From: a virus
Lineage: Duplodnaviria; Caudoviricetes
Virus record (IMG/VR): IMGVR_UViG_3300048574_000038
Coordinates: 1 to 62,532 of that record
Strand: one strand, 5' to 3'
DNA: 62,532 nt
The position numbers were made by a program, and so were the translations under genes. Below, piece after piece: positions 18,346 to 28,004 of this stretch; the stretch's first letter is position 1, and each line of letters begins with the position of its first letter. The notes under the pieces are model-generated. The model was given only the letters and a program-made list of their open reading frames with translations, was not told the DNA's origin and made no database searches.

Positions 18346-19377
18346 ATGGCTATGAATACAACTGGCGGCACAATCGTCGCTAATGGTACTACTACTGGTG
18401 CGCTGAGCACCATGCTTAATGCGCATGCTATTTTCCAGTTCCTCGTGCGTGCTCTGCCGTATCTGGTTCTGGAAAAGTTTGGTCAGGCTTATCCCCTGCC
18501 CGAACGTAGCACCAAGCAGATCAAGTTCCGTCGTTACGAAGCTCTGCCTGCTACTCCCACGAAACTGACCGAAGGTGTTACACCTACGTCTCAGTCGCTG
18601 ACCACCACTGACATCACTGCTACGCTCGACCAGTACGGTTCGCTCGTGACTCTGACAGACGTGCTGATCGATACCAACGACAGTGAACCCTTGCGGAACG
18701 CTGCTGAAGTTATCGGTGAGCAGGCTGCTGAAATGATCGAACGTCTGCGTCTCGACGTGGTGCTCGGTGGCTCTAACGTGGAGTACGCTAACGGTTCCGC
18801 TCGTTCGGACGTGAATACCCCCATCTCTCTGTCTCTCCAGCGCCGCATCGTGCGTAAACTGAAGAACCAGAAAGCTCGTGGTATCACCAGCATCGTGCGT
18901 TCTACCCCTAACTTCAATACGGAAAACGTGGCGCCGTCTTTTGTGGCTATCTGCCATCCTGACTGCGAATCCGACATCCGTGATATGGTTCACTTCCAAG
19001 ACGTGAAAGACTACGGTAGCACGTCTGCTTGGGAAAACGAAATCGGTGCTGTGGAACAGGTTCGTTATCTGTACACCACACTGATGGAAGCCTTCCCGGA
19101 TGCTGGTGGTGTGAACGGTACTGGCGCTGACAAGATGCTGTCGACCACAGGCACCAATTGTGACGTATACCCCGTGCTCTTCATTGCGAAAGATGCTTAT
19201 GGCATCGTTCCCTTCAAGAACACTTCTGCCGTTACTCCTGTTATCGTGAATCCCGCTCCTTCTGCTTCCGATCCGCTTGGCCAGCGTGGCCATGTGGCGT
19301 GGAAGTCGATGCAGACCGCTGTGATTCTGAATCAGGCGTGGATGGTTCGTGCTGAAGTCGCCGTTTCCGCGAAGTAA
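18346..19377 (+). CDS. Major capsid protein, N4-gp56 family
   Basis: LEKFGQ..PLP....K.IKFRRY, LTEGVTP, ENEIG, SDPLGQRG..AWK, ILNQAWM.R.E. Confidence 0.93.
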   Translation: MAMNTTGGTIVANGTTTGALSTMLNAHAIFQFLVRALPYLVLEKFGQAYPLPERSTKQIKFRRYEALPATPTKLTEGVTPTSQSLTTTDITATLDQYGSLVTLTDVLIDTNDSEPLRNAAEVIGEQAAEMIERLRLDVVLGGSNVEYANGSARSDVNTPISLSLQRRIVRKLKNQKARGITSIVRSTPNFNTENVAPSFVAICHPDCESDIRDMVHFQDVKDYGSTSAWENEIGAVEQVRYLYTTLMEAFPDAGGVNGTGADKMLSTTGTNCDVYPVLFIAKDAYGIVPFKNTSAVTPVIVNPAPSASDPLGQRGHVAWKSMQTAVILNQAWMVRAEVAVSAK

Positions 19378-19391
19378 GCTTAGTTAGACTT

Positions 19392-19422
19392 TAGGGGAGC
19401 TGCTTTACGTGGCTCCCCTTAT
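19392..19422 (+). terminator. Hairpin after the capsid gene
   Basis: AGGGGAGC...GCTCCCCT followed by TTAT. Confidence 0.55.
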
Positions 19423-19444
19423 AAATAAAGAAAGGAACATAGAA

Positions 19445-19879
19445 ATGTTGAAGATTAATTATAATACGCTTAAAGATGCTGAGCTTATCAAAGCGTGTGA
19501 CGATCGTGGCTTTGTTGCTCCCATGAATGAAGATGGTCGAGTGATTCGTACAGAAGCCATCCGTATGCTTAAAGAGCGTGATGATACAGAAGCGAAGAAT
19601 GATGTTTCGGAACGTGTGTGGGTTGTTTTCCACAACAGTGGTAGCCCTAGCGCTGGCCCTTACGTGTTCGCGTCTGTTAACGAAAAGAATTTTCAGGCTC
19701 CTTACGAAAAGGAAGTTTGTATTCCTAAGTACTTCCTTACAGAGTGCATTGATCGCGCATCTACTATTAAGCGTTCTTACAGCATCCAAGCTGATGGTTC
19801 TACAGCCTCTGTCGTAACTAAGATACCTACGTATCCTTACACGATTATTCGTCCTGCTTCTGCCGAAGACTTTGCGTAG
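19445..19879 (+). CDS. Hypothetical virion-associated protein
   Basis: AAGGA SD; VFASVN motif typical of genes following N4-type capsid genes. Confidence 0.7.
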   Translation: MLKINYNTLKDAELIKACDDRGFVAPMNEDGRVIRTEAIRMLKERDDTEAKNDVSERVWVVFHNSGSPSAGPYVFASVNEKNFQAPYEKEVCIPKYFLTECIDRASTIKRSYSIQADGSTASVVTKIPTYPYTIIRPASAEDFA

Positions 19880-19886
19880 GTGACTT

Positions 19887-20381
19887 ATGTTTGGCACATC
19901 TATGATATGTAAAACTTGGTATCCTGACGCAGACCGAGCCAAAAGTTTGTATGCCGAATCCTTAGATTCTGTTGCTTTTGCTGCGCGAGATGTGGAAAAG
20001 ACTGTCGAAAGGTTGTACGCTTATGCAAATGATAGTCTTCTTAGCGGAGAAGTTGTATCTAGTGGTACCGTCGTCTTTAACAAGAATGACGTAGTTAATC
20101 CAGAACTGGTGTTTGATCCAAAAACAGCGCACATTCGGAAAGGTTTTCGTTGGCGGCTTGCGAACGATCTTGAACGCTTGAAAAATGAGTATGCTAAAAC
20201 TTGTATTATTCGTGACTGGCTTAATAGCGATGAAGAGCGAAATGCTTTAAAGAGTAAGATAGCTGAATTGCAGGATAAACTTTTTGATAAGCAATGTAAT
20301 CTCGCTGCTGCTCTAGTCGATAAAGACATCGTGAATTTGAATACAGTTTTTAATAAAATGTGTGAAGAAGCAAACAAATAA
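19887..20381 (+). CDS. Hypothetical protein
   Basis: 164-aa ORF in the late operon. Confidence 0.65.
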   Translation: MFGTSMICKTWYPDADRAKSLYAESLDSVAFAARDVEKTVERLYAYANDSLLSGEVVSSGTVVFNKNDVVNPELVFDPKTAHIRKGFRWRLANDLERLKNEYAKTCIIRDWLNSDEERNALKSKIAELQDKLFDKQCNLAAALVDKDIVNLNTVFNKMCEEANK

Positions 20382-20394
20382 GCTAAGGTGAGTT

Positions 20395-21153
20395 GTGAAA
20401 GTAAAAGACATTATTAATCGCGTTATTCTTCTGTATCATGATGAAGACTATGTACGAATGACTGAGCAGCAGTATCTTCGCTTCCTTGATGATGCGCTTT
20501 TGCAACTCATTCTTGCTCGTCCTGATGCTAATGAAAAGCGGGATGTCGTAAAGCTCTCTCCGGGAGCAAGACAAACGCTTCCTGATGAAGCGTATACTCT
20601 GATAGATGTGTATCTTAATAAAGTATATCTTAAAGATATTGATGCGTATCTTGATGGTAAACCTATTTATCAAGTTGCACGAAAAGACTTGGATTACTTT
20701 AATAACTGGTATAGTGTTTCTGGTAATACAGAAGAGATAAATGAATTTGCGTATGACATACGTACACCTAAAAGTTACTGGGTTAATCCCCCTGTAACTA
20801 ATTCTCCTGATGTGTATGTAGAAATTGGTTACAGCTATGGTGTGCCAGCGTTCGCGGATACGACAGATGAGTACGCAGTAACACTTGAAAAAGTTGTTCC
20901 GGTTTCAGAAGAGTTTCGTAACGCACTTGTGAACTACATGCTGTATCTTTGTTACAGTGTAGACAGTACTTCTCAATACGATCGTGCTGTTGCCGATAAG
21001 TACTTGCAACTCTTTGTGCAAATGCTCCAGCTTGACAATAAGACTTCTCTTACATCGTCTAACCGTATTATTGAGAATACTACGCAGGGTATTGGTGTTT
21101 ATGGCACTACAGCGCCTATGACTGCCTCTCCTGCTGCACAAGCGAGGTCGTAA
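20395..21153 (+). CDS. Head-tail adaptor-like protein
   Basis: M.V.DII.RV..L..D, L.FLDDA..Q....RPDA and ALVNYMLY motifs. Confidence 0.7.
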   Translation: MKVKDIINRVILLYHDEDYVRMTEQQYLRFLDDALLQLILARPDANEKRDVVKLSPGARQTLPDEAYTLIDVYLNKVYLKDIDAYLDGKPIYQVARKDLDYFNNWYSVSGNTEEINEFAYDIRTPKSYWVNPPVTNSPDVYVEIGYSYGVPAFADTTDEYAVTLEKVVPVSEEFRNALVNYMLYLCYSVDSTSQYDRAVADKYLQLFVQMLQLDNKTSLTSSNRIIENTTQGIGVYGTTAPMTASPAAQARS

Positions 21154-22034
21154 TGGCCATTGATCTTATTGCACAATATTCTATAGGTTTACAACCTCTG
21201 TGCTTCTCTAAAGTACGGTCTCTTGGCTTTATGCGTAATAAGTGTAAGGCTGATGGTTCCCTTAAAGCAAATGTGGATATGGCTATAGTACGTCCACAAC
21301 ATTTAACTTTTGCGGGTGTTTTGTTTTCATATTCGCAACCTACTGTAGGAAAATATGCTATGGTGACTTGGGACGCATTCTACGAATACGTTTTTCCTAG
21401 TGTACAGGGTTGTCCGACTTCTATTGTTAAACATGCTATTCGTAGTGCTTGCATTGATTTTTGTGCACGTACTTTGATCTGGAAACAAGATAGTATTCTT
21501 AATGATATTGTTGCTGGACTTAGTATGTACACATTTGCTCCGCCTACTGGGGCAAAAGTAGTTACGCCATACCGTGTAGCTATTAAAGATGTAGACAGTG
21601 GTAAGGATAAAGAACTTGCTCCTTACTCTTTGGAAACTCTAGAATCTTTTGCACCTAGTTGGCGAGAAGAGACAGCAGAGTATCCAGATAAGTACGTGCT
21701 TATTACAGACGACACTGTTCGTCTTATTGGTACACCCACAAAGGATTTGCCAGAAGCGTTGAGTGCATGTGTTGCACTTAAACCTTCAAGGGATGCGGAA
21801 GATTGTCCCTCCTTTATTTATGAGGACTGGGCTGAAACTGTAGCCGCAGGTGCTCTTGCAAAGCTTCACGCAAGTAAAGAGAAAGTGTGGGCTATTCCTG
21901 AACTTGTTGCTTACTACACAAAGATGTATCGTGATGGTATTTCTCGTGCTCGTAGTAAGGCTACTAAATCCGGTCTGCGTGAGAGTAAGGATATCTTGCC
22001 CGTGCAGTTCTCTAATCTAAAAGGATATAACTAA
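21153..22034 (+). CDS. Adaptor / tail tubular A-like protein (possible alternative start at 21360)
   Basis: V.P.V.GCP......AIR.A.IDFC..T.IW and E.VAAGALA.L....K.W..P motifs. Confidence 0.7.
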   Translation: MAIDLIAQYSIGLQPLCFSKVRSLGFMRNKCKADGSLKANVDMAIVRPQHLTFAGVLFSYSQPTVGKYAMVTWDAFYEYVFPSVQGCPTSIVKHAIRSACIDFCARTLIWKQDSILNDIVAGLSMYTFAPPTGAKVVTPYRVAIKDVDSGKDKELAPYSLETLESFAPSWREETAEYPDKYVLITDDTVRLIGTPTKDLPEALSACVALKPSRDAEDCPSFIYEDWAETVAAGALAKLHASKEKVWAIPELVAYYTKMYRDGISRARSKATKSGLRESKDILPVQFSNLKGYN

Positions 22035-22447
22035 TGGCTAGTTTTTCTGACTATTCTGAAAATAAGGTTCTAAACTACCTTCTGCGCGGCGAAGCTTTTG
22101 CCGTTCCTAATCTCTATCTCGCTCTGTTCACGTCGAGTAACGGTCTTGAAGCTAATACTCCTCTGACACAGACTGAGGTGGCTACAGCTAGCACAGGTTA
22201 CGCTCGTGTGGCTATTCCCAGTTACACAGCTTTCTCTGATGCAGCTTCTGGTTCTTCTTCTAATACGGTTACTTTTGAATTTCCTGTCGCTCAAGCTGAC
22301 TGGGGTACCATTACACATGGTGCTTTGATGGATGCAGCTACTGGTGGTAATGTGATTTGGTGGAGCGCTCTTTCTGCTCCTCGTGTTGTGTACAGTGGTG
22401 ACACTATTCGCTTTGCTCCTGCTACGACTGTTGTAACTCTTGATTAA
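22034..22447 (+). CDS. Virion structural protein (fibre-associated)
   Basis: SDYSEN..L, YLALFT, GYARV and FP.A.ADWGTITH motifs. Confidence 0.75.
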   Translation: MASFSDYSENKVLNYLLRGEAFAVPNLYLALFTSSNGLEANTPLTQTEVATASTGYARVAIPSYTAFSDAASGSSSNTVTFEFPVAQADWGTITHGALMDAATGGNVIWWSALSAPRVVYSGDTIRFAPATTVVTLD

Positions 22448-22462
22448 TAGTGGGTATTCGTT

Positions 22463-22924
22463 ATGAGTTTAGTTAATGCTAAAGAGATAAATGCTGTAGC
22501 TATCAATGCAGACAGTGGTAGTATCAAAGATGCTGCTATGCTTCTGTCATGCAGTAGTTCTGGTATTCTTTTGGAAACACGAGTAGTACCGTCGTCTATA
22601 GCATTAACTACTTATAGCGATGGTTCTATAGACAGACCTGTTCTTATTGTTAGTCCTAACATGTCTTTCTTATGTCAAAGTAGTGGAAAACTTAAATTAG
22701 TAATTCCCCTTTACCTTGACATAACTTTTGACACATCTTCAGATTTACAATTGAATGTTGCTGAAGTATTTAATCTAGGTTTAAATTTTGTAGCTAAGAG
22801 TGATGGCAGCATAGGTAGATTTGTTATTTATAGAAAGGCAAATCCCGGTATTGTCTTTACTTTGCATAGTCTGCAATACCTTAATTCTGGTAGAATACGG
22901 ATTAATAAAAATAAGTACCTTTAA
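22463..22924 (+). CDS. Hypothetical beta-rich structural protein
   Basis: N-terminal INAVAIN and repeated S[SD]G motifs. Confidence 0.6.
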   Translation: MSLVNAKEINAVAINADSGSIKDAAMLLSCSSSGILLETRVVPSSIALTTYSDGSIDRPVLIVSPNMSFLCQSSGKLKLVIPLYLDITFDTSSDLQLNVAEVFNLGLNFVAKSDGSIGRFVIYRKANPGIVFTLHSLQYLNSGRIRINKNKYL

Positions 22925-22942
22925 TCTTGGTAATGTGATAGT

Positions 22943-24124
22943 ATGTACAGTGGCATTAAATTTACAAATAACGCAAGTACTCAGTTAACACAGACGTTGC
23001 TGGCTACAGATACAGTTTTGTACGTAGGGACTAACGGTGCTTCGATATTTCCTAAATTGGATACTACCGACGACTACTTTTTACTTACCCTACTTGACGT
23101 AGATAAAAATAGAGAAGTCGTTAAGTGCACTTCTCGTACAGATGATTCTTGTACCGTTGTACGAGCACAAGAAGGAACGACAGCTAGAACCTTTCAAGTT
23201 GGTACGTTAGTTGAACTGCGACTAACAGCGAATAGTATTACGAAAGTTGCAGAAGACGCAAGTGTTACAAAACCACACGCTTCTACAGATCCTGCTGCGT
23301 GTGGTCAAGCTACGGCACAAGTGTACAGTCATGTAAAACTTACAGACAATTTTGAATTGGGTACACAGGCTATTAACGGTGTGATCTGTACTCCATATGC
23401 TTTACAGCAGGCTGTGGCCAGACTTACATCTGTTGCAGGTACACAACTAATTACTTCTTCTACAACCTATGTTGTTCCTGAAACTGGTACTTACACAGTT
23501 ACGTGTGTTGGTGGTGGTGGGAATGGTGGCAGAGGCGGTAATGGTTCAGCACGATGGGACGCATACTCACAAACATGTATTACTGGCTGTGAAGAGCACT
23601 CCGTCTACTCTGAAGCACATTCCGGTGGTAGTGGTGGTGGTGGTGGTGCAGGTCAGGTTATCACACGTCAACTATCTTTAACTAAAGGAACTAGTATACC
23701 GATTACTGTAGGCGGTGTTAGTGGTACTACTACCTTTGGGACACACATTACAGCTTTAGGTGGCGGAGCTGGTGGCAATGGTGGCAATGCTCATACCGGA
23801 GATGGTTGTTCTACTGGTAATCATGGTGGTGCTGGAGCTTTGGGTGTATCATATGGTACAGCCTCTACCGCTGGTACTGCCGGTTCTTCTAGTGTAAATG
23901 TGTTTTGTAGTAATCTTTCTGGAAATAGAGGTTTTGTATCTGTGTCTGGAACGTCTGGTGGGTATTCTGGAAAGTCTTTCGACGGTGTTTACGGGAACGG
24001 TGGCGATGGTGGTAACGGTGGTGGTACTGCAATAACGTACGATGGCCCGGTAGGTTATTCTGGAACTGTCGGTAAAAGCGGAACACAAGGCTGTGTTAAA
24101 ATTACTATGAAACTAGGATCTTAA
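22943..24124 (+). CDS. Gly-rich tail fibre-like protein 1
   Basis: IKFTNNAS...RAQEGT..VELRLTA module, HAS..HVKL fibre motif, Gly-rich C-domain. Confidence 0.8.
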   Translation: MYSGIKFTNNASTQLTQTLLATDTVLYVGTNGASIFPKLDTTDDYFLLTLLDVDKNREVVKCTSRTDDSCTVVRAQEGTTARTFQVGTLVELRLTANSITKVAEDASVTKPHASTDPAACGQATAQVYSHVKLTDNFELGTQAINGVICTPYALQQAVARLTSVAGTQLITSSTTYVVPETGTYTVTCVGGGGNGGRGGNGSARWDAYSQTCITGCEEHSVYSEAHSGGSGGGGGAGQVITRQLSLTKGTSIPITVGGVSGTTTFGTHITALGGGAGGNGGNAHTGDGCSTGNHGGAGALGVSYGTASTAGTAGSSSVNVFCSNLSGNRGFVSVSGTSGGYSGKSFDGVYGNGGDGGNGGGTAITYDGPVGYSGTVGKSGTQGCVKITMKLGS

Positions 24125-24126
24125 TT

Positions 24127-25275
24127 GTGGCTAATATAAAATTTACAAATCTGGCTAGTTCTACACTTCAAGTAGCAATTAATAATCTTGCTACTGCTGT
24201 TACAATAGATCCTGCTGACGTTGCAAAGTTTCCTAGTATCTCGGGTAATGAGTATTTTATTATCGTACTCATTACATCTGCTGGTGACTTTGAGATCATG
24301 CGCGTTACAGATGTTAATTCTAACGTCTTCACGGTAATTCGTGCGCAAGAGGGTACTCCTGCTCGGGCTTTCGACATAGGTGATAAAGTAGAGCATCGTC
24401 TGACAGCAGAGAGCTTGGTCACTATCGTTGAAGAAGCTAGCATAACTAAGCCTCATACATCTACAGACGCAGACACTTATGGTCATGCTACTTCTACTTT
24501 GTTTAGTCATGTAAAAATCACTGACGAAACAAATAGTTCAGCATCGTCAATACTTGGTATTGGTATATCTCCATATGCTGTTAAAACACGTTTTGACCAA
24601 CTGCTTGGCGCTAGTAACCAAAACGTGATTACGGCGTCCGGTTCATTTGTTGTACCGGAAAGTGGTACATACGAAGTTGTTGCCATTGGTGGCGGTGGAG
24701 CTGGTGGTACTGGTGGTAATGCTAGTGAAGGCACGGTCGTTTATGAAGGTGGTGGCGGAGATTACGTTATTGGTTCCGGTGGTGGAGCAGGTGGTGGTGG
24801 TGCTGGTCAAGTTATAACTCAACAAATAGCCCTCACTAAAGGAACAAGTATACCTGTTACTATAGGTGGTTCTGGTGGTGTTACTACTTTTGGCACGTAC
24901 ATAACAGCTCTTGCTGGTGAACGTGGTAACAACGGTGGCAGTTCCTCTGGCTGTGGGTGTAACTGTGGGAACACTAGAGATTATTTCTTTAGTGGGCCGG
25001 GTGCTGGTGGTGCTGGTGGATACTCTTATGGTTCTTTGGCTATGACCGGTAGCGCTGGCGCAAGTGGCACATATTCATATCGTACTTGCAATGGTGGTGC
25101 TGGTGGCACCGGTGGTGTATCCATCGAAGGTACCTACGGTAATGGTGGTAATGGCGGTGCTGGACAGGGGATAAGTAATCCGCAAGCCGGTTGTAGTACA
25201 CAGTTTTTCGGTTCCACAGCAGGCACAGCAGGTACGCAGGGTTGTGTTAAAATTCGTTTAGTTCTTGGAAGTTAA
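24127..25275 (+). CDS. Gly-rich tail fibre-like protein 2 (paralog of fibre 1)
   Basis: Collinear with 22943..24124 (LTKGTSIP.T.GG..G.TTFGT.ITAL.G; GTQGCVKI...LGS). Confidence 0.8.
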   Translation: MANIKFTNLASSTLQVAINNLATAVTIDPADVAKFPSISGNEYFIIVLITSAGDFEIMRVTDVNSNVFTVIRAQEGTPARAFDIGDKVEHRLTAESLVTIVEEASITKPHTSTDADTYGHATSTLFSHVKITDETNSSASSILGIGISPYAVKTRFDQLLGASNQNVITASGSFVVPESGTYEVVAIGGGGAGGTGGNASEGTVVYEGGGGDYVIGSGGGAGGGGAGQVITQQIALTKGTSIPVTIGGSGGVTTFGTYITALAGERGNNGGSSSGCGCNCGNTRDYFFSGPGAGGAGGYSYGSLAMTGSAGASGTYSYRTCNGGAGGTGGVSIEGTYGNGGNGGAGQGISNPQAGCSTQFFGSTAGTAGTQGCVKIRLVLGS

Positions 25276-25276
25276 T

Positions 25277-25804
25277 ATGAGTAATACTTACTATTCTCCG
25301 GAAGGTAATCCCGAAATATGGGATCGCAAACCTAAAGGTTATATGTCTGTTGCAGAGTGGGAAGTTTATAGTGCTGCGCAACAGAAGATAAAAGACGAAG
25401 AGGCCGAAAAGGAACGACTGCTTCCGCAGAACTTGTATATTGCTCGTTTGCAGGAAGTAGAGACAGCTTACACACAAGCTATGGCTAAGCTTACACGTAA
25501 GTATCAGGATGCCGAGACTTCTACTTTTTATCGTCAATTGCAAGAAGCTAAAGACTATATAGCCAATAGTGCTACAGCAGATGCACCATTTATTATTAAT
25601 GCGGCAAAGCAACGAAACATTTCTCCTACTGCATTAGCCAATAGTATACTTGAACAAGCTGATACATACGCTGCTGTTTCTGGATATCTCACAGGTCTTC
25701 GTCATAAGTATGCCAAAACTATTCAAGATATTGGCCCTACAAGTACCGAAGCTCTTCTTAATGTAGCTATTGACTATGCAATAGTCGACGAGGAAGTTAT
25801 CTAA
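25277..25804 (+). CDS. Tail fibre assembly/chaperone-like protein
   Basis: YYSPEGN.E.W..KP.GY; Y..AE.STF..Q..EA; follows the fibre genes. Confidence 0.65.
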   Translation: MSNTYYSPEGNPEIWDRKPKGYMSVAEWEVYSAAQQKIKDEEAEKERLLPQNLYIARLQEVETAYTQAMAKLTRKYQDAETSTFYRQLQEAKDYIANSATADAPFIINAAKQRNISPTALANSILEQADTYAAVSGYLTGLRHKYAKTIQDIGPTSTEALLNVAIDYAIVDEEVI

Positions 25805-25805
25805 T

Positions 25806-26516
25806 ATGCCTGATTATAATTTCAAAAATAACTTAAAGTCTACACTACAGTCTAAACTGTGGAGTGATGCTACATCAATCTACTGTAATCATGTAGTTGA
25901 GAGCGAAGATGCAGAAACTCGCCGCAGTGCTTGGCCTGCTTTTCCTTTTACACTTACTCTTGTAGATACAGCAAATGATAATATAGAGGTAATTAAATGT
26001 ACTGGTTTAGCTGATAATGCTAATAACTTTATTGCTTTTGCCTGTGATAGAGCACAAGAAAACACAACTGCTCAAACTTTTGAAATAGCTACTACTAGTG
26101 TAGAACATAGGTTAACTTCCGGAGCACTTAACTCTATAGTTAATGATATATCTACAGCAAATACAAATATAGCCACATTAAGTACAGAAGTTTCTACATC
26201 ATTAACTAGCAAGCTTAATACAAGTGTAAGCAACATAACTGCATCTGGTATCAACGTCTTATTTCCGGCATTAAAGAGCACGTCTGGATATCAAAAATTT
26301 GCCAATGGCTTGATTATTCAGTGGGGGTCAGTGGCTGCAAACGCCACGTACTCATTTCCTATAACCTTCCCCACCGCAGCAGTATCTCTCACATTTGGTA
26401 GGGTATTTGGTGGCGAAGGTACGCCTGGCGCAGACAATATTACAACGTCAAGCTTTGTATATCGTAGCCTTAACATTGCAAACGTCCCTGCGCGCTACAT
26501 GGCAATCGGATATTAG
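25806..26516 (+). CDS. Short tail fibre with gp53-like C-terminal domain
   Basis: Shared N-module plus SGYQKFANGLIIQWG...FPITFP...YMAIGY. Confidence 0.8.
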   Translation: MPDYNFKNNLKSTLQSKLWSDATSIYCNHVVESEDAETRRSAWPAFPFTLTLVDTANDNIEVIKCTGLADNANNFIAFACDRAQENTTAQTFEIATTSVEHRLTSGALNSIVNDISTANTNIATLSTEVSTSLTSKLNTSVSNITASGINVLFPALKSTSGYQKFANGLIIQWGSVAANATYSFPITFPTAAVSLTFGRVFGGEGTPGADNITTSSFVYRSLNIANVPARYMAIGY

Positions 26517-26525
26517 GAGGATACT

Positions 26526-26900
26526 ATGAAATATTATAGTATTAGTACTGGCGGATTTTATGACCCAGAAATTAATCAGGTTATTCCACATGATGCACTT
26601 GCAGTAAGTGACGATCTGCATATGGCATTGTTAGCCGGGCAACGTGAAGGAAAAGTAATTATTTGCGATGGTGGTGTGCCACAGTTGGGTATGCCACCAG
26701 CCAAAACAATCAATGAAAAGATTGCGGATGTAGAAGCCGAGTATCAGAAGAAACTCGCTGATCTTGATGCATCGCTGCTTGCAGTTCTGTGGGCTGGCGG
26801 TGCAAATGAAGTTGCTAACAGGCAAGCGTTGTCTGCTCAGCGACAGCAACTGACAGCAGACAAAACTGCTGCCATAACAAACGTATTCCTTAATGGTTAA
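26526..26900 (+). CDS. Tail fibre assembly protein
   Basis: YS.STGGFY......IP.DA..VS......LL.GQ..GK.I, typical partner of gp53-like fibres. Confidence 0.75.
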   Translation: MKYYSISTGGFYDPEINQVIPHDALAVSDDLHMALLAGQREGKVIICDGGVPQLGMPPAKTINEKIADVEAEYQKKLADLDASLLAVLWAGGANEVANRQALSAQRQQLTADKTAAITNVFLNG

Positions 26901-27102
26901 TCATATGATGCAATGTCCTCTTTGTGGTGATGTCCCTGCTACTTGCCTTACGCAAGAAGGCATGAATCCCAATCCTGAATACAATGCTATCCTCGTGTCG
27001 ATGGGTTACTGGCTGTGTACAGTACATCACGCACTCATCAAACCGAACATGATTCCTGACCGCATTGTGGCTCCTGAAGCGCCTGTGGCTGAAGCGGCTT
27101 AA
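26893..27102 (+). CDS. Small Cys/His protein
   Basis: CPLC...C..H; overlaps the upstream stop. Confidence 0.5.
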   Translation: MVNHMMQCPLCGDVPATCLTQEGMNPNPEYNAILVSMGYWLCTVHHALIKPNMIPDRIVAPEAPVAEAA

Positions 27103-27127
27103 GTAAAAACTACCTGAGTAAGTAATT

Positions 27128-28003
27128 ATGGAAATTAAATTCTCGAACATGGCGTCGTCGTTGCTGCTTGATAATATCACGGACACATCTACGACACTTA
27201 GTGTCATTCCTGATACAGGTGCACTGTTCCCTATTCTCGTGCAGGTTGCAGATTATTTTAAGATCTGCGTCACAAATCCCGGCGATGGTACGTACGAGAT
27301 TATGAAAGTGACGAAAACTCAGGGAGATCAGTTCACTGTTGAACGTGGGCAAGAAGATACGCTTGCTATCGCTTTTCCTCAGAACTCTATTGTCGAAAAC
27401 CGACTTACTGCTGGTTCTATTGAACAGATTCTGAATGATGTGGCTGCGACTACTACCAACGAAGGTCGTATTCGTATTGCTACAGCAGCAGAAGCTAAAG
27501 CTGGTGTTCTTAATACTGTCGCAATGACACCACTCAACAGCGCTAGTATTGGTGTTCTTGTTGGTACCATCATGATGTTTGCTGGTCAAATCGACGACGA
27601 CGGTTTCGTCATTGATGCTAAGACTAGCACCTCTCGGACAGACTGGCACGTCTGTGATGGTACCAACGGTACACCAGATATGCGTGATAAGTTCATCGTT
27701 GGTGCTGGTCACGATTATACACTTCACGCTACTGGCGGCAATAAGAAAGTTACACCTACAGCAACAGTTGCTGGTACAGCACTTACTGTTGAACAGATGC
27801 CTGCACATAACCACCAAGTCTACCAAGACTGTGGTGTATCTGGTGAAGGTAATGTATCCTCGGCTGACGAAGATCACGGGCCGGGCGGTCGTTATACGTC
27901 TACTGTTGGTGGTGGGCAGGAGCATACGCATACTGCTACAGTTTCGGAAATAGATACTCGTTCTCCGTATCATGCACTTTATTACATAATGAAGATTAAC
28001 TAA
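27128..28003 (+). CDS. Tail collar domain fibre protein
   Basis: Shared N-module; GTIMMFAG, W.VCDGTNGTPDMRDKFIVGAG, LTVEQMPAHNH, PY.ALYYIMK. Confidence 0.85.
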   Translation: MEIKFSNMASSLLLDNITDTSTTLSVIPDTGALFPILVQVADYFKICVTNPGDGTYEIMKVTKTQGDQFTVERGQEDTLAIAFPQNSIVENRLTAGSIEQILNDVAATTTNEGRIRIATAAEAKAGVLNTVAMTPLNSASIGVLVGTIMMFAGQIDDDGFVIDAKTSTSRTDWHVCDGTNGTPDMRDKFIVGAGHDYTLHATGGNKKVTPTATVAGTALTVEQMPAHNHQVYQDCGVSGEGNVSSADEDHGPGGRYTSTVGGGQEHTHTATVSEIDTRSPYHALYYIMKIN

Positions 28004-28004
28004 T

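Noticed and set aside
22943-28003. Diversity-generating retroelement acting on fibres
   Set aside because: No reverse transcriptase and no adenine-specific template/variable repeat pair seen
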